IMG/VR virus record: IMGVR_UViG_3300030116_004360
Coordinates: 26,478 to 90,477 of that record
DNA length: 64,000 nt
Strand: one strand, 5' to 3'
Origin: a virus
The notes beneath the pieces were generated by a model, which made no database searches, was not told where the DNA came from, and saw nothing but the letters and a program-made list of their open reading frames with translations. Of this stretch, positions 11,718-21,588 are shown piece by piece (position 1 is the first letter of the stretch; each line of letters begins with the position of its first letter). The position numbers were made by a program, and so were the translations under genes.

Positions 11718-11879
11718 TTAGACCAAAACTTCCTGCCCCCGCATTTTTTCACTCCATAGGGCATTACATTCCCTACATTCCCAAACTCTTACACTTTCAC
11801 TAGAACCTACATAAAAGGCTAATAACCTTTTAGGTATAGTATGTTCCCCACAAAACATACATTGTTCTCTAAGAGCCAT
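11718..11879 (-). CDS. small Zn-ribbon protein (53 aa)
   Basis: Manual translation MALREQCMFCGEH…VWECRECNALW… with two CxxC pairs. Confidence 0.6.
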   Translation of the reverse strand: MALREQCMFCGEHTIPKRLLAFYVGSSESVRVWECRECNALWSEKMRGQEVLV

Positions 11880-11883
11880 ATTA

Positions 11884-12033
11884 TCACTTTCTTTTATTTT
11901 CTGTTCGCATTAGTGATTCCATATATTCTTCAATAGATTCTTCACTTAAATTCGACCCACCAAAGGCGGCGAAGAATAATAGTGAAATAACTATCACAAA
12001 CATTATCCAAGTTATTACTTCCCATGTATCCAT
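11884..12033 (-). CDS. small single-TM membrane protein (49 aa)
   Basis: Manual translation MDTWEVITWIMFVIVISLLFFAAFGGS…, tightly packed in the operon. Confidence 0.55.
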   Translation of the reverse strand: MDTWEVITWIMFVIVISLLFFAAFGGSNLSEESIEEYMESLMRTENKRK

Positions 12034-12036
12034 TTT

Positions 12037-12645
12037 TTACCACTCCACATTCATTTTTACAATCTCTTCCTTTTCTATACTAAAGGCTTTGATTGAATTT
12101 TCTTTACCGTGTTTCCACAGTTTATACACTAACTTACAGTCATCAACACAGTAATCTACTACTGTTGTATATTCTCCTGATTTCCACATAGAAGGAGCCA
12201 TGATACTTTCTAACTGCTTAGTTTCTCCAAAATTATGATTGACTAAATTTTCTAAAGAAAATCTTTCACCATGTTCTTTGACTAAATATCTACTCGTATC
12301 TATATATTGTTTATTATCTAGATATTTTTTTATACAAAATATATCTAATGAATCTCTTAATACAGGTAAATCAAAAGCACCAATATTGTGTCCTAATAAT
12401 TTTCCCCCCTTTTCTAAATGATTATCTAAATCATATTTCAATTGACGAATAGGCAATATTTCATATTCATTAGAATCTATTTTTGAAATCAATTCTTCTT
12501 CAACATATGCTTTAGAAATATTTCCATCATAAGTGCAAACTGTTGATACTAGAAACATATGGGTATTACCCCATCCACCAATCTCATTAGAGAGATTTTT
12601 TGTTTCTAAATCTATTGCTAATACTTCACTCATTATCTTCGCCAT
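12037..12645 (-). CDS. DnaQ-like/RNase H-like DEDD 3'-5' exonuclease
   Basis: Exo I IDLET, Exo II GHNIGAFD and Exo III YCVDD. Confidence 0.8.
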   Translation of the reverse strand: MAKIMSEVLAIDLETKNLSNEIGGWGNTHMFLVSTVCTYDGNISKAYVEEELISKIDSNEYEILPIRQLKYDLDNHLEKGGKLLGHNIGAFDLPVLRDSLDIFCIKKYLDNKQYIDTSRYLVKEHGERFSLENLVNHNFGETKQLESIMAPSMWKSGEYTTVVDYCVDDCKLVYKLWKHGKENSIKAFSIEKEEIVKMNVEW

Positions 12646-12859
12646 CCGATGACCATAATTGTTTCAATTTTTCTTGTTGTTTATCTTTAGGCTTTTCAAC
12701 ATGAGTTTGCCTTTGTAAGAATGCAACAAGATTTTCTCCTGCAACATTAATCATTGACTTTAATTCCCATCCATCATTACCATGAGAATTTAAACTTTCT
12801 ACAATTGATTTCGGTCCATTACTTACTGCAAATACTAAATACGTTGTTTCATACTTCAT
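12626..12859 (-). CDS. small hypothetical protein (DUF4177-like)
   Basis: MKYE…LNSHGNDGWEL…FLQR resembles the DUF4177 pattern. Confidence 0.5.
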   Translation of the reverse strand: MKYETTYLVFAVSNGPKSIVESLNSHGNDGWELKSMINVAGENLVAFLQRQTHVEKPKDKQQEKLKQLWSSDGEDNE

Positions 12860-14328
12860 TGTTCATCACCTTTCCATTTAACATAAACTGGCTTTCCTCT
12901 TTTTTCTTCTATAAAATAATCTTTAATAGATTTGAATTTTCTAAATGCGGTTGGTCGGGAAGTTCTTGTTACAGACATAAATTCGTGCATTAAATCCGCT
13001 TTTAAAGCAAAACCATCTTCTGTTTTTTGAACATTATCAATTGCTGTTTTCCAATGGTTAATTCCAGCATTTTGCACAACTGATTCGCGCCTCTCCCGTA
13101 GTGCTACATCTAGCCACGCTACCAACGCTATATAACTCTGTCTCATTAATCTTGATGCTTGACGCACGTTTTTAACACTAACGACATATCTTTTACTTTT
13201 ATCCTTTATACTGGGTGCTTCCATAATAGACATTAGTATCGCCATTTTATTCATATTAATAAACATACGCGCACTAAACTTATCTGTTGTCTCCTTAACC
13301 TCATCACGAACATTACGCAAATATTGTTGCATTCGATAATACTCAAGTTTCATATAATCTTGAACTTCGGGTCGCCATACTACAAAATTTCTAGCAATCT
13401 GCTTTTTATCCCAATCAGGATTTTCAGCCTTAATTTCAAGTTTATGTTCCATAGCAGTAGTGTATATCTTAAATAGAGCATTAGCAAACTTTTCGATAGG
13501 TTGGTCAATATCATCATCAATACCAACTGCTTCAATCAATTGCATCATCATTTGGTCTTTCTCATAATCAGTAGTTTCTCTAACATACATAACCATTCTT
13601 TGTAGTAGCCCTGTATCTGTAATTACTTCTTGAAGATTCTTTGGAGGATAAGTAGTCGCATAAATAGACCTTTTAGCCTCACAAACTAAAATGGGACCAT
13701 TAGTTAATTTTTTAGTAATTCTCCAATTTTCTCCCCACAATGTATTTAACATAGTATTTAGATGACCAATTAAACCTTCTTTGTGATTATGTGCCTTAAA
13801 TATACCAACATTCTCAAATTCATCAAAAGCAACAAGACCAGAACCACGAAGTAATCCATGATTTTCTTCATATATTGAAACTCCTTCTTCATCTTTACCT
13901 GCTTCATACACACTACCAATTAATGCAGGTGTAGTGAAATCTTTTACATCTACAACATTATATCTTTCTTCACCAATTAAAGCATTTACTTTTTCATAAA
14001 TTGCAGAAGTAACTGGCCCTAAGAAATTAAATAATGTAGATTTGCCTGAACCTGTTGTTTGAATCCAAACAAAATGTATTCTAACATCTTCTGTATTTCT
14101 TCTTAATTTTACTGCAACAGTATCAGACATCAATTGTCCCAATAAACACATAAATGCCATAGCACAGGGAACTTCATTCATTGTTGAAACTTGAGAAGCA
14201 GAATTAATCCATTCAGTTAATACATAAGGATATTCTTCTAAATTTTCTCTTGGTTCAAAGGTCATATCATGCTCTTCAAAGTTGAAGTCATCGTCATCTA
14301 ATTCATCTTTATCTATAAATTCTGGCAT
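12856..14328 (-). CDS. MCM-like AAA+ replicative helicase
   Basis: Walker A TTGSGKS, Walker B VAFDEF, arginine finger LLQR, sensor II SAR and C-terminal wHTH. Confidence 0.7.
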   Translation of the reverse strand: MPEFIDKDELDDDDFNFEEHDMTFEPRENLEEYPYVLTEWINSASQVSTMNEVPCAMAFMCLLGQLMSDTVAVKLRRNTEDVRIHFVWIQTTGSGKSTLFNFLGPVTSAIYEKVNALIGEERYNVVDVKDFTTPALIGSVYEAGKDEEGVSIYEENHGLLRGSGLVAFDEFENVGIFKAHNHKEGLIGHLNTMLNTLWGENWRITKKLTNGPILVCEAKRSIYATTYPPKNLQEVITDTGLLQRMVMYVRETTDYEKDQMMMQLIEAVGIDDDIDQPIEKFANALFKIYTTAMEHKLEIKAENPDWDKKQIARNFVVWRPEVQDYMKLEYYRMQQYLRNVRDEVKETTDKFSARMFINMNKMAILMSIMEAPSIKDKSKRYVVSVKNVRQASRLMRQSYIALVAWLDVALRERRESVVQNAGINHWKTAIDNVQKTEDGFALKADLMHEFMSVTRTSRPTAFRKFKSIKDYFIEEKRGKPVYVKWKGDEQ

Positions 14329-15026
14329 TATACTCTCACCTTTTCTTCACTATTTAATATATCAATTATACGTTGTCCTACTACTTCACCAAATCCTTCT
14401 AAGAAGGCTATTTCAGAAGATTTACATTCCCCTAATTCCATAATAGAACCAAAGGTTTCTAATAATTTCTTTGCTTTATTTTCACTAACTCCTTTAATTG
14501 AGGACAACATATCTACTCTAATATCATCAGTAGTTATTCTTTTAATTAAAGAAGGTGAAATTACAGGTCTATCAACAGGTTGCATTTTAGCAACTGTTGT
14601 AATCATTTTAGCGGCTATTGCTTCTGATGGAGCAAATATTGGTTTAGCATCTGTATCTAAAATAATACGACCTAACGCTCCATAGAACTTATTATGTAAT
14701 ATAGTTTGTCTTGATTCACGCGGTAAATCTTTAGCATATTTATTTGCTACTTGACGAATAGCCTCTTCAATATTACCATATATCATTATAACATTAACAT
14801 CATACGCTCTATCCATATTATCAATTTGATTCCACAATCGTTTATTTAAAACCGATTGAAGAAAATCTTGAGTATTTTTCGCCTCAAAACATACATTACC
14901 CACAACATAATCCCCAACTTCAATCCACTCCTTATTTGTTTTTATTGCTAATTCTTTGGCATACATTTCTACTAATCTAGATAGAACAGAATTTTCTCTG
15001 CTATCTATAACTAACATAATAACCAC
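14328..15026 (-). CDS. ERCC4/XPF-family structure-specific endonuclease
   Basis: IDSRE, GDYVVG, EAK and C-terminal HhH (IKGVS…A). The true start is probably ATG at 15017. Confidence 0.85.
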   Translation of the reverse strand: MVIMLVIDSRENSVLSRLVEMYAKELAIKTNKEWIEVGDYVVGNVCFEAKNTQDFLQSVLNKRLWNQIDNMDRAYDVNVIMIYGNIEEAIRQVANKYAKDLPRESRQTILHNKFYGALGRIILDTDAKPIFAPSEAIAAKMITTVAKMQPVDRPVISPSLIKRITTDDIRVDMLSSIKGVSENKAKKLLETFGSIMELGECKSSEIAFLEGFGEVVGQRIIDILNSEEKVRV

Positions 15027-15133
15027 TCATCAACCTTAGTTTGTCTCATAGTATCGGCAATAGTTAAAATGATTCCGTATTCATTCAATCTAGTTTGTCT
15101 TGCACTTAACTTATTCTTATCCATATATCTCAT
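15011..15133 (-). CDS. 40 aa peptide with two PIP-box-like motifs
   Basis: Manual translation MRYMDKNKLSARQTRLNEYGIILTIADTMRQTKVDEWLLC. It fills the gap between primase and ERCC4. Confidence 0.55.
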   Translation of the reverse strand: MRYMDKNKLSARQTRLNEYGIILTIADTMRQTKVDEWLLC

Positions 15134-15135
15134 TC

Positions 15136-16179
15136 CTATAAATGTTGCGTTGTTTGTGTATCATCTGTATCAGGGTATCTCCAACAACGACCAATACAAT
15201 ACCCTTTAGGTATTAAAGAAGAATCACATTGAGGTGCGCTATATCCTCCTTTAACAATATATTCAATTGCTTTACGAGTAACATTTGGGTTCCAATCAAT
15301 CCAAATATCATCCTTTTTAGCAATAGATTCAATTTCTTTAAAAATTGTTTCAGTAATCTGCTCTTGACTTTCAATATCAAGATTCCTATTTCCTAAAGAT
15401 AGAATATCCCTATACCATTGAACTAGATATACTCTTGCTTCATGGGAAGGGTTTTCAACCATTGTTGCAGAATATAAACATGGTAATAAAGGTAGTGAAC
15501 CTTTTCTTTCAGGAATATCAATTTTAGCCATTTCTAATTGGATTGGCTTTACATCAGGCCAAGATACTAATTTATTACCATATTCTGTTCTAGGAATTTT
15601 TCTAGGACTCTTAGCCATTTGTAATATCTCAACGATTGATTTATTTAAATCCTCTACTAATAATGGAATACAATAATAACATTCTGATGAATTCATATTT
15701 ACAGTATTCGGTATTCTTCTTAATCTAGAAGTTTGAATTACTCTACCGTCTAATGTTCCATTCTTTGTCCATGATTGAACAGTTCTCCAAAATTCTTGAA
15801 CAGGTCTTATATTAGAATTACCATTTGTTATTACACCAAAAACAAAAACATGAAAACCATTTCCACTAAAGAAAAATGTAAACTTATAATCTAACTCTAA
15901 AAGTTTATTTACAACAATTTTTACATCTTCCCAAGATTTACTTATTGGTTTATCATGAGAATCAAAATCAAGAAAGGCTCTATCAACAATAACAGAAGCA
16001 TCTACCTGTTTACTATTACGAAATAATTCATAATCATATACAGATGTATAAACATTCATTTTATTATTATAAGATTTGATAAAATTTGAATATTGTTCTT
16101 TATTAGTTACAACCATTCTAGGTGTTCCAAATCCCATATTTTTAATTGAACCTGCCCATACTACTCTAGGAAATTTCAT
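15136..16179 (-). CDS. archaeo-eukaryotic primase, PriS fused to PriL-like Fe-S C-terminal domain
   Basis: AEP motifs FLDFD, SGNGFH and RLRRIPNT. The C-terminal region LPCL…HEARV…PQC…YCIGRC is PriL-like. Confidence 0.85.
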   Translation of the reverse strand: MKFPRVVWAGSIKNMGFGTPRMVVTNKEQYSNFIKSYNNKMNVYTSVYDYELFRNSKQVDASVIVDRAFLDFDSHDKPISKSWEDVKIVVNKLLELDYKFTFFFSGNGFHVFVFGVITNGNSNIRPVQEFWRTVQSWTKNGTLDGRVIQTSRLRRIPNTVNMNSSECYYCIPLLVEDLNKSIVEILQMAKSPRKIPRTEYGNKLVSWPDVKPIQLEMAKIDIPERKGSLPLLPCLYSATMVENPSHEARVYLVQWYRDILSLGNRNLDIESQEQITETIFKEIESIAKKDDIWIDWNPNVTRKAIEYIVKGGYSAPQCDSSLIPKGYCIGRCWRYPDTDDTQTTQHL

Positions 16180-16580
16180 ACTCTTTTCACCTTAACTGAA
16201 CCGGCTCTTGTTTCTACACCTTCATCAGTTTCTTTGATAGATACTTCTTTCTTTTCTTTCGGTGTTTCATTAACTTTAACTACTTTATTTAATGAAACTG
16301 AATCATTTTCTTTATTGAAAGAAACTGTTGCTTCTTTAAGTAGTTCATTTATCCTACCTGCAATTTCAGCAGTTAAACTAATTTCTAATAACTTATAGAA
16401 ACCTTCTCCAAAATTCCCTGTAAATTCAACATCAGTGTCCCAAATAATATCTAATTTTTCCGTTGCCGTCATATTATTATATAACTCTTGAAATATAGAA
16501 GTTATTGTTTCTTTCATGTTAGAAATATCAGAGAAATTCCATTCTCGTCCTAATATTATTTCATCAATCTTCCTTTTCAT
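16176..16580 (-). CDS. hypothetical protein
   Basis: 134 aa ORF with ATGA coupling to the primase gene. Confidence 0.65.
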   Translation of the reverse strand: MKRKIDEIILGREWNFSDISNMKETITSIFQELYNNMTATEKLDIIWDTDVEFTGNFGEGFYKLLEISLTAEIAGRINELLKEATVSFNKENDSVSLNKVVKVNETPKEKKEVSIKETDEGVETRAGSVKVKRV

Positions 16581-16734
16581 TTTTATCCCTCTTTAACATC
16601 TTAAACCATTTCTGTTCATCTCTTGCTCTCTTCTCTTCATATTTAATTAAACATTCACAAGGTTCGGCAATATAATCTCCAGAATGTCTTAATCTTTTCA
16701 TTATTACTCCATCAATACATTTATCACATTTCAT
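16564..16734 (-). CDS. small Cys-rich (Zn-finger-like) protein
   Basis: Manual translation MKCDKCIDG…EPCECL… (56 aa). Confidence 0.5.
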   Translation of the reverse strand: MKCDKCIDGVIMKRLRHSGDYIAEPCECLIKYEEKRARDEQKWFKMLKRDKNEKED

Positions 16735-16738
16735 TTAA

Positions 16739-17626
16739 TCACCAAAAAGATTGGTTTTGAGCATCATCACAAATTCCAAAATAAGAACAATGAGCGCAGG
16801 TCTTATAGAAATATTTTCCAGCAAAATTACTTTGTTCATAAGACCAAATAACTTTAGCCATCAATTTAAGTAATGCACTTGTTGAACTTTGTTTTACAGG
16901 TTCTACATAAATATAATTTGATTCAGGATACCACCATCCCCAATTAGTTACTTTCATTTCAGGGTCAATTCCTGCATCAATCAATAATTGGTCATTACAG
17001 TGTTCAATCAATAATTTATAGAAAGCAGATTCCTTTCTCATACCTGTTGTTTTATAATCTTTCCAAGTCCCTGTTTTTAATTCCATAGGTAATAGACCAC
17101 CATCTTCAACAAACAATCTATCAATAATACCTTGAAGATGAACAATATAATCTCTTGTTAATGGAAACTTAGGGTTTTGATTTCTTGCTATCATAAATTT
17201 AGCATCTAATCTAACTTCATTACCAACAGGTAAGAAGTTTTCTAACTTATCTTCTTGTTTTAAATCAAGAAACCTCTTTGCTTCAAAGTTAGCAGAAGTC
17301 CAATATTGTTCACCACCCCATTCATCAACAGGAAATAATCCCATGTTGTATGTAATTAAATCTGATTTAGTTAAAGTAGAAGCCTTTTCTACATCATATA
17401 TATCAAAGAAGTTTTCATAAGCATTATGTATCACTGTTCCTTTAGTCATAGCATCTGTTGTATCTTGAGGTAATCTCAAAGGATATGAGTAAAAATACTT
17501 TTTAGGACACCAATCATAAGACATTACAGATGATTTAGTCATCTTTAAAATTGGGTGTATATCCCAATTTGTTTCGTCTTCTGTATAATTTTCAGGGTTC
17601 CAATCGTATGTAAATTCTTCACTCAT
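16739..17626 (-). CDS. Cas4-like PD-(D/E)XK exonuclease with Fe-S cysteines
   Basis: WCPKKY, GTVIH, GIIDR, ELKTG and C-terminal CAHCSYFGIC. Confidence 0.85.
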   Translation of the reverse strand: MSEEFTYDWNPENYTEDETNWDIHPILKMTKSSVMSYDWCPKKYFYSYPLRLPQDTTDAMTKGTVIHNAYENFFDIYDVEKASTLTKSDLITYNMGLFPVDEWGGEQYWTSANFEAKRFLDLKQEDKLENFLPVGNEVRLDAKFMIARNQNPKFPLTRDYIVHLQGIIDRLFVEDGGLLPMELKTGTWKDYKTTGMRKESAFYKLLIEHCNDQLLIDAGIDPEMKVTNWGWWYPESNYIYVEPVKQSSTSALLKLMAKVIWSYEQSNFAGKYFYKTCAHCSYFGICDDAQNQSFW

Positions 17627-17879
17627 TCTCTTCCTCTCCTCTATTATAAAAAATACGGTTTGTATTGTTCTTTTTCATAAATCTTAAAGATTCTTCTGAA
17701 AACATAACTATCGCAATAATCTTACGAAATAAGTCCCAAGATATATCATACTTTTCTTCTAACATTTCATAATTAAGCACTAAGTCGGCTATTGCTTTTT
17801 GTATAGTTCTTTTTCTTTCATCTGATTCATAGTCAACATTAATCCAATCAATTAACGCCTCTATTCCTTCTTTACTCAT
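17619..17879 (-). CDS. hypothetical protein
   Basis: Overlapping ORF within the operon. Confidence 0.6.
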   Translation of the reverse strand: MSKEGIEALIDWINVDYESDERKRTIQKAIADLVLNYEMLEEKYDISWDLFRKIIAIVMFSEESLRFMKKNNTNRIFYNRGEEENE

Positions 17880-18081
17880 CTGTTCTCCACTCCTTTATTG
17901 TTTCTAATAACATCTTAAAAAAACCATCATCTCTTCTTTGTTTGATAGATAATTCAAGAATAGTTTTTTCTAACTCATCAATCCTAACATTATATTTAGT
18001 TTCAATACTTTTCAATTTTTCTTCTAGTTCACTAACTCTAGTTGCTAACTTATCATCTTTTCTTCCAAACATTAAAACCAC
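17872..18081 (-). CDS. small coiled-coil protein
   Basis: Heptad-rich 69 aa ORF. Confidence 0.55.
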   Translation of the reverse strand: MVLMFGRKDDKLATRVSELEEKLKSIETKYNVRIDELEKTILELSIKQRRDDGFFKMLLETIKEWRTDE

Positions 18082-18971
18082 TCATCCAACGTCTTTTGTC
18101 TAATATCTAACTTAACAGGATTAATTTCCCATTCCATAGCGTCAAATACAGGTTGTGATTTCTTTACAATCACATCTGCATAATGCAAGTAATTTATACT
18201 TACTTTAAATCTATCAATCAATTCCATCAATTTATCATATGTTGGTGCGGCCAACCATTCTAATTTTTTAGATAATCCAGTTATCGGATGAATCCATGAT
18301 AAATTACCCGGTTTAATTTTAATAAAATGAACTGAATCAGGCATTTCATTAAAGTTACTATAATACCATAATGCCCCTGAAATATGTGAACCAACAGAAG
18401 GACTTTTCTTATCTAAAGTTGTAAAGAAAGTTTTACTAGTCCCACATTCACAATTAGGCATATCTATGATATTTTGTATTGAATATTGACTTTTACAATC
18501 TGGACATTTAACTGATAATCTATTTTCTCTAACTCTCTTCCAATCAACTAATTCTTTCAAAGATATATCACCATCCTTAATTTCATTATATCTCTTTCTA
18601 CAAAAGTCATTTATTTCACCTTTAGTATTTTCAGAAGCCCACATTTTCAATACTTTAGTTTGGTGTTCTTTTGCTAATTTAGTTTCAGAAACTCTTTTAG
18701 CCATAAAACCAGTCATAGTAAATTTAGGTTTGTCTAGATAAACTCCATCTTCCCATGAAACAAGACCAGCATTTCTATTCTTCTTAACTCCAACTCCTAA
18801 AGATTGATAATACTTCTCAAATTCTAACTGAACAGGGTGTTCATCAAAACCTAATAAATTAGGAAAAAGAGATTGAACATGAGCATTTAAATGTTCACAT
18901 AACTCCTTTGCTTCATTAACAGAAGGAACAGTTACATAAATTGAATCTGTATGTCCATAAACTACTTTCAT
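18072..18971 (-). CDS. polB: family B DNA polymerase, C-terminal subunit (motif C + thumb) of a split PolB
   Basis: Starts MKVVYGHTDSIYV (motif C variant); LEFEKYY, KKNRNAG; CPDC…CEC Zn insertion; C-terminal PIP box QKTLDEWF. Confidence 0.85.
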   Translation of the reverse strand: MKVVYGHTDSIYVTVPSVNEAKELCEHLNAHVQSLFPNLLGFDEHPVQLEFEKYYQSLGVGVKKNRNAGLVSWEDGVYLDKPKFTMTGFMAKRVSETKLAKEHQTKVLKMWASENTKGEINDFCRKRYNEIKDGDISLKELVDWKRVRENRLSVKCPDCKSQYSIQNIIDMPNCECGTSKTFFTTLDKKSPSVGSHISGALWYYSNFNEMPDSVHFIKIKPGNLSWIHPITGLSKKLEWLAAPTYDKLMELIDRFKVSINYLHYADVIVKKSQPVFDAMEWEINPVKLDIRQKTLDEWF

Positions 18972-20692
18972 TTCATAATCACCATCCTTTTTACTTCTAA
19001 TGCGGCACTTCTAATTGCTTCTCTAGCAGAAGCAGTAATTGATGCTGCTAAATCAATATCTCCCCAACCAAAACCTTGTTTACCAATTACACCATAAAAA
19101 GAAGCAGAAAGGCGTTTTACTGCCATTTGATTTACAAACCACTTATTGTATTCCATAGTGTTGCCCTGTTCTCTCGCAAGATACATTCGACGCTTATATT
19201 CATTTCGTAGTTCCTTTAATTCTAAAACACTTTTAGGTAAAAGACCTAATTTATCTGTTTTATAGTATCTCATAACTTTTGATTTTGTTGGCGAAAAATC
19301 TCTAGGTGTAGCAATATTGACCGCAAATTCAGTTGGTTCTTTTGATTTAGTTTCCCATGAAATATTTCTAGCAATCATCATTGATGGATATAGCCCTGCA
19401 AAATCTAAAGCAGCGACATTTAAATGTAAACCATGTGTTTTTTCAGTTGTCGGGTCATAAATCATAGCACCATCATAATTAATCTTTTGAACTGACTTAT
19501 CTCCTGTTGGAGCCTTCCAAGTTGCATTTCTCATAAAATATACTGCACCCATCATACTTACATACATACATGATTTAAATGGGGCTTTTAGAATCCTTTG
19601 AAGGTAAATAATTGCATCACTACAAAAATTAGTTTCATCAAGTTCTACTAATAACTCCACATCTATTTTAGCATACTCAAGATAAGTTTCTGTATCTTCT
19701 AACCAACCTCGACGGAAAAATTCATTCTTATCAGGAAATTTTTCACTAACTAATTTCTTTTTGCCTAAAGCCATTTCTGCTATATCATCTAAAGCCATTG
19801 AAGGTAATGTTCCTTTTTGAGCATCGCTCCATTGTCTTTCAAATGCTAAATCTAGATTAAGAGTTAATCGTCCACGAATAGGTTGTGAAATAGCATAATA
19901 GTCATCAACCGCTTTAGTTGCTTTTACACCATCATTCCAAATTACACCTTTAACTTCATTATATGGTGATAATCTTCTAGGGTCTAAATCATTAGCGATA
20001 CATCTATGAATTAACTTAGGTAAATCATACTTTAGACCAAACCATGCTAATAACATATCGGGGTCTTTATCTTCAATATAAGTTAAAAACGCATCAAGCA
20101 TTTCTTTTTCAGAATTAAAGACAGACATATGAGCGACTTCTTTTGTAGACATTTTAAATCCATTATACGGGTCTTGGTTAGGAAACCATATCCATTGATA
20201 GTATTGCTTATCATAATTATCATAAGCAACAATACAAGTAATTGCGCCATCATACAAATCATCAGCCATCCATTCCATATCCCAATACATTTTACGCATT
20301 TTAAATTCAGGAATGTCTTTTAATTCATCAACACAGTATCTATCTATAATTGATACATCTGCTTCATAGGTTTGCATAAAACAATCTCTTGCTTTATACA
20401 TATCATTAGGTGAATGAACATATACCTTTTTCAATAATTGACCTTGAAGATTGACCCAATTACCATTTTCATATTCAAATGGAAACCATAACTTAGCCTT
20501 TCTACCTTGAAAGGTATGGGTTACTTCATAACCATCTACTTCTGTTTCAATAGCGCGAATAAAGAAATATGGTCTAAAATTTTCGACCTTTGTTTCCACT
20601 CGATTATTTTCAGAGTCACGCCATCTTAAATTAATATTCTTATCATTGGTATAACAAATATCCATATTATTACTACTCCTTTTTAGTATCAA
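18968..20692 (-). CDS. polB: family B DNA polymerase, N-terminal subunit (exonuclease + motifs A/B)
   Basis: Exo motifs WDMEW, WFGLKYDLP and YAKID; motif A DFAGLYPSMM; motif B KRLSASFYGVIG. Likely start is ATG at 20665. Confidence 0.9.
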   Translation of the reverse strand: MILKRSSNNMDICYTNDKNINLRWRDSENNRVETKVENFRPYFFIRAIETEVDGYEVTHTFQGRKAKLWFPFEYENGNWVNLQGQLLKKVYVHSPNDMYKARDCFMQTYEADVSIIDRYCVDELKDIPEFKMRKMYWDMEWMADDLYDGAITCIVAYDNYDKQYYQWIWFPNQDPYNGFKMSTKEVAHMSVFNSEKEMLDAFLTYIEDKDPDMLLAWFGLKYDLPKLIHRCIANDLDPRRLSPYNEVKGVIWNDGVKATKAVDDYYAISQPIRGRLTLNLDLAFERQWSDAQKGTLPSMALDDIAEMALGKKKLVSEKFPDKNEFFRRGWLEDTETYLEYAKIDVELLVELDETNFCSDAIIYLQRILKAPFKSCMYVSMMGAVYFMRNATWKAPTGDKSVQKINYDGAMIYDPTTEKTHGLHLNVAALDFAGLYPSMMIARNISWETKSKEPTEFAVNIATPRDFSPTKSKVMRYYKTDKLGLLPKSVLELKELRNEYKRRMYLAREQGNTMEYNKWFVNQMAVKRLSASFYGVIGKQGFGWGDIDLAASITASAREAIRSAALEVKRMVIMK

Positions 20693-20822
20693 GATACCTT
20701 TTAAATCTAAAAGTATTATCTAGTAGGGTAAATAAACAACCTGCACAGGCATTATAATGAAGAACTCCCATGACTCTATCTTTGTCTCCACAAATATCAC
20801 ATTCTACATTTTTATATTCCAT
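20673..20822 (-). CDS. small Zn-finger protein (49 aa)
   Basis: Manual translation MEYKNVECDICGDK…NACAGCL…. Confidence 0.5.
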   Translation of the reverse strand: MEYKNVECDICGDKDRVMGVLHYNACAGCLFTLLDNTFRFKRYLDTKKE

Positions 20823-20823
20823 A

Positions 20824-21588
20824 CTATCTCAACCTAACAAATGGTGCTTTTACTAACTTTCTATCAACGGCTAACATTAGTATTAGTGAATCATCACTAA
20901 ATAATATATCAACTGTTCCAGCATTATTAAAGAATTTATGCACAGGTGCAGTAAATTCAACTGTTGATTCTTCTCCTTCTCCTGTAACTTCTTCAACTAC
21001 GGTTTTGAATCCTTTGAAATCTTCATCAGAAGATATAGTAAATTCTTCTCCATAATCAAACTTATAAATCCCAGTTCCAACTATTTCACATGAATCAACT
21101 GCATCAAGCAAAATTTGAGAATCAACATTTATTCTAGTTGAAAAAGACGTTTTTCCTCCCCATGACTTGATTAAATCAAGTGGAGTCAATACATTAAATT
21201 CTGCTTCATGTTGATTAAAATTATTAATCATATTCATATGAGGATGATTAACTACTAAAGCCATTTTAGCAGTTTTACCTGCTCCGCGCATTGTAAGGTA
21301 ATCTTTGAATTCAAGCGTTACATTATCTGAAAACTTCTTTAAATAAGTAATTAGAGTGTTACCTTCAATAGTGGCTGAACCATCCTCTATTCCCTCAACA
21401 GTTATATTAAGGGTTAAACACAATGTTTCATCTGAATTGTATATAGTTAGTGTATTACCTTTACAAACTAAGTAAAGATATTCACATAAGAACTTATTCT
21501 TTAAGCCACTACTGGTATAATATTTACCTTTTAATGTGCTAGTTTGGATTGCATTTGAAAGAATCTTGTTATCACAAGAAAACTTCAA
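20824..21588 (-). CDS. DNA sliding clamp (PCNA/beta-clamp fold)
   Basis: 254 aa with a clamp-like pattern ending LVKAP; lies next to PolB and near RFC. Confidence 0.7.
   Translation of the reverse strand: MKFSCDNKILSNAIQTSTLKGKYYTSSGLKNKFLCEYLYLVCKGNTLTIYNSDETLCLTLNITVEGIEDGSATIEGNTLITYLKKFSDNVTLEFKDYLTMRGAGKTAKMALVVNHPHMNMINNFNQHEAEFNVLTPLDLIKSWGGKTSFSTRINVDSQILLDAVDSCEIVGTGIYKFDYGEEFTISSDEDFKGFKTVVEEVTGEGEESTVEFTAPVHKFFNNAGTVDILFSDDSLILMLAVDRKLVKAPFVRLR

Noticed and set aside
16739-17626. Cas4 as evidence of a CRISPR-Cas system
   Set aside because: It is a stand-alone Cas4-like nuclease in a replication operon, which is common in archaeal viruses; cas1 and cas2 are absent.
18960-18980. 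Frameshift, pseudogene or split intein in PolB
   Set aside because: The junction is a clean ATGA overlap with its own GGTGA RBS, and no intein terminal motifs are visible.
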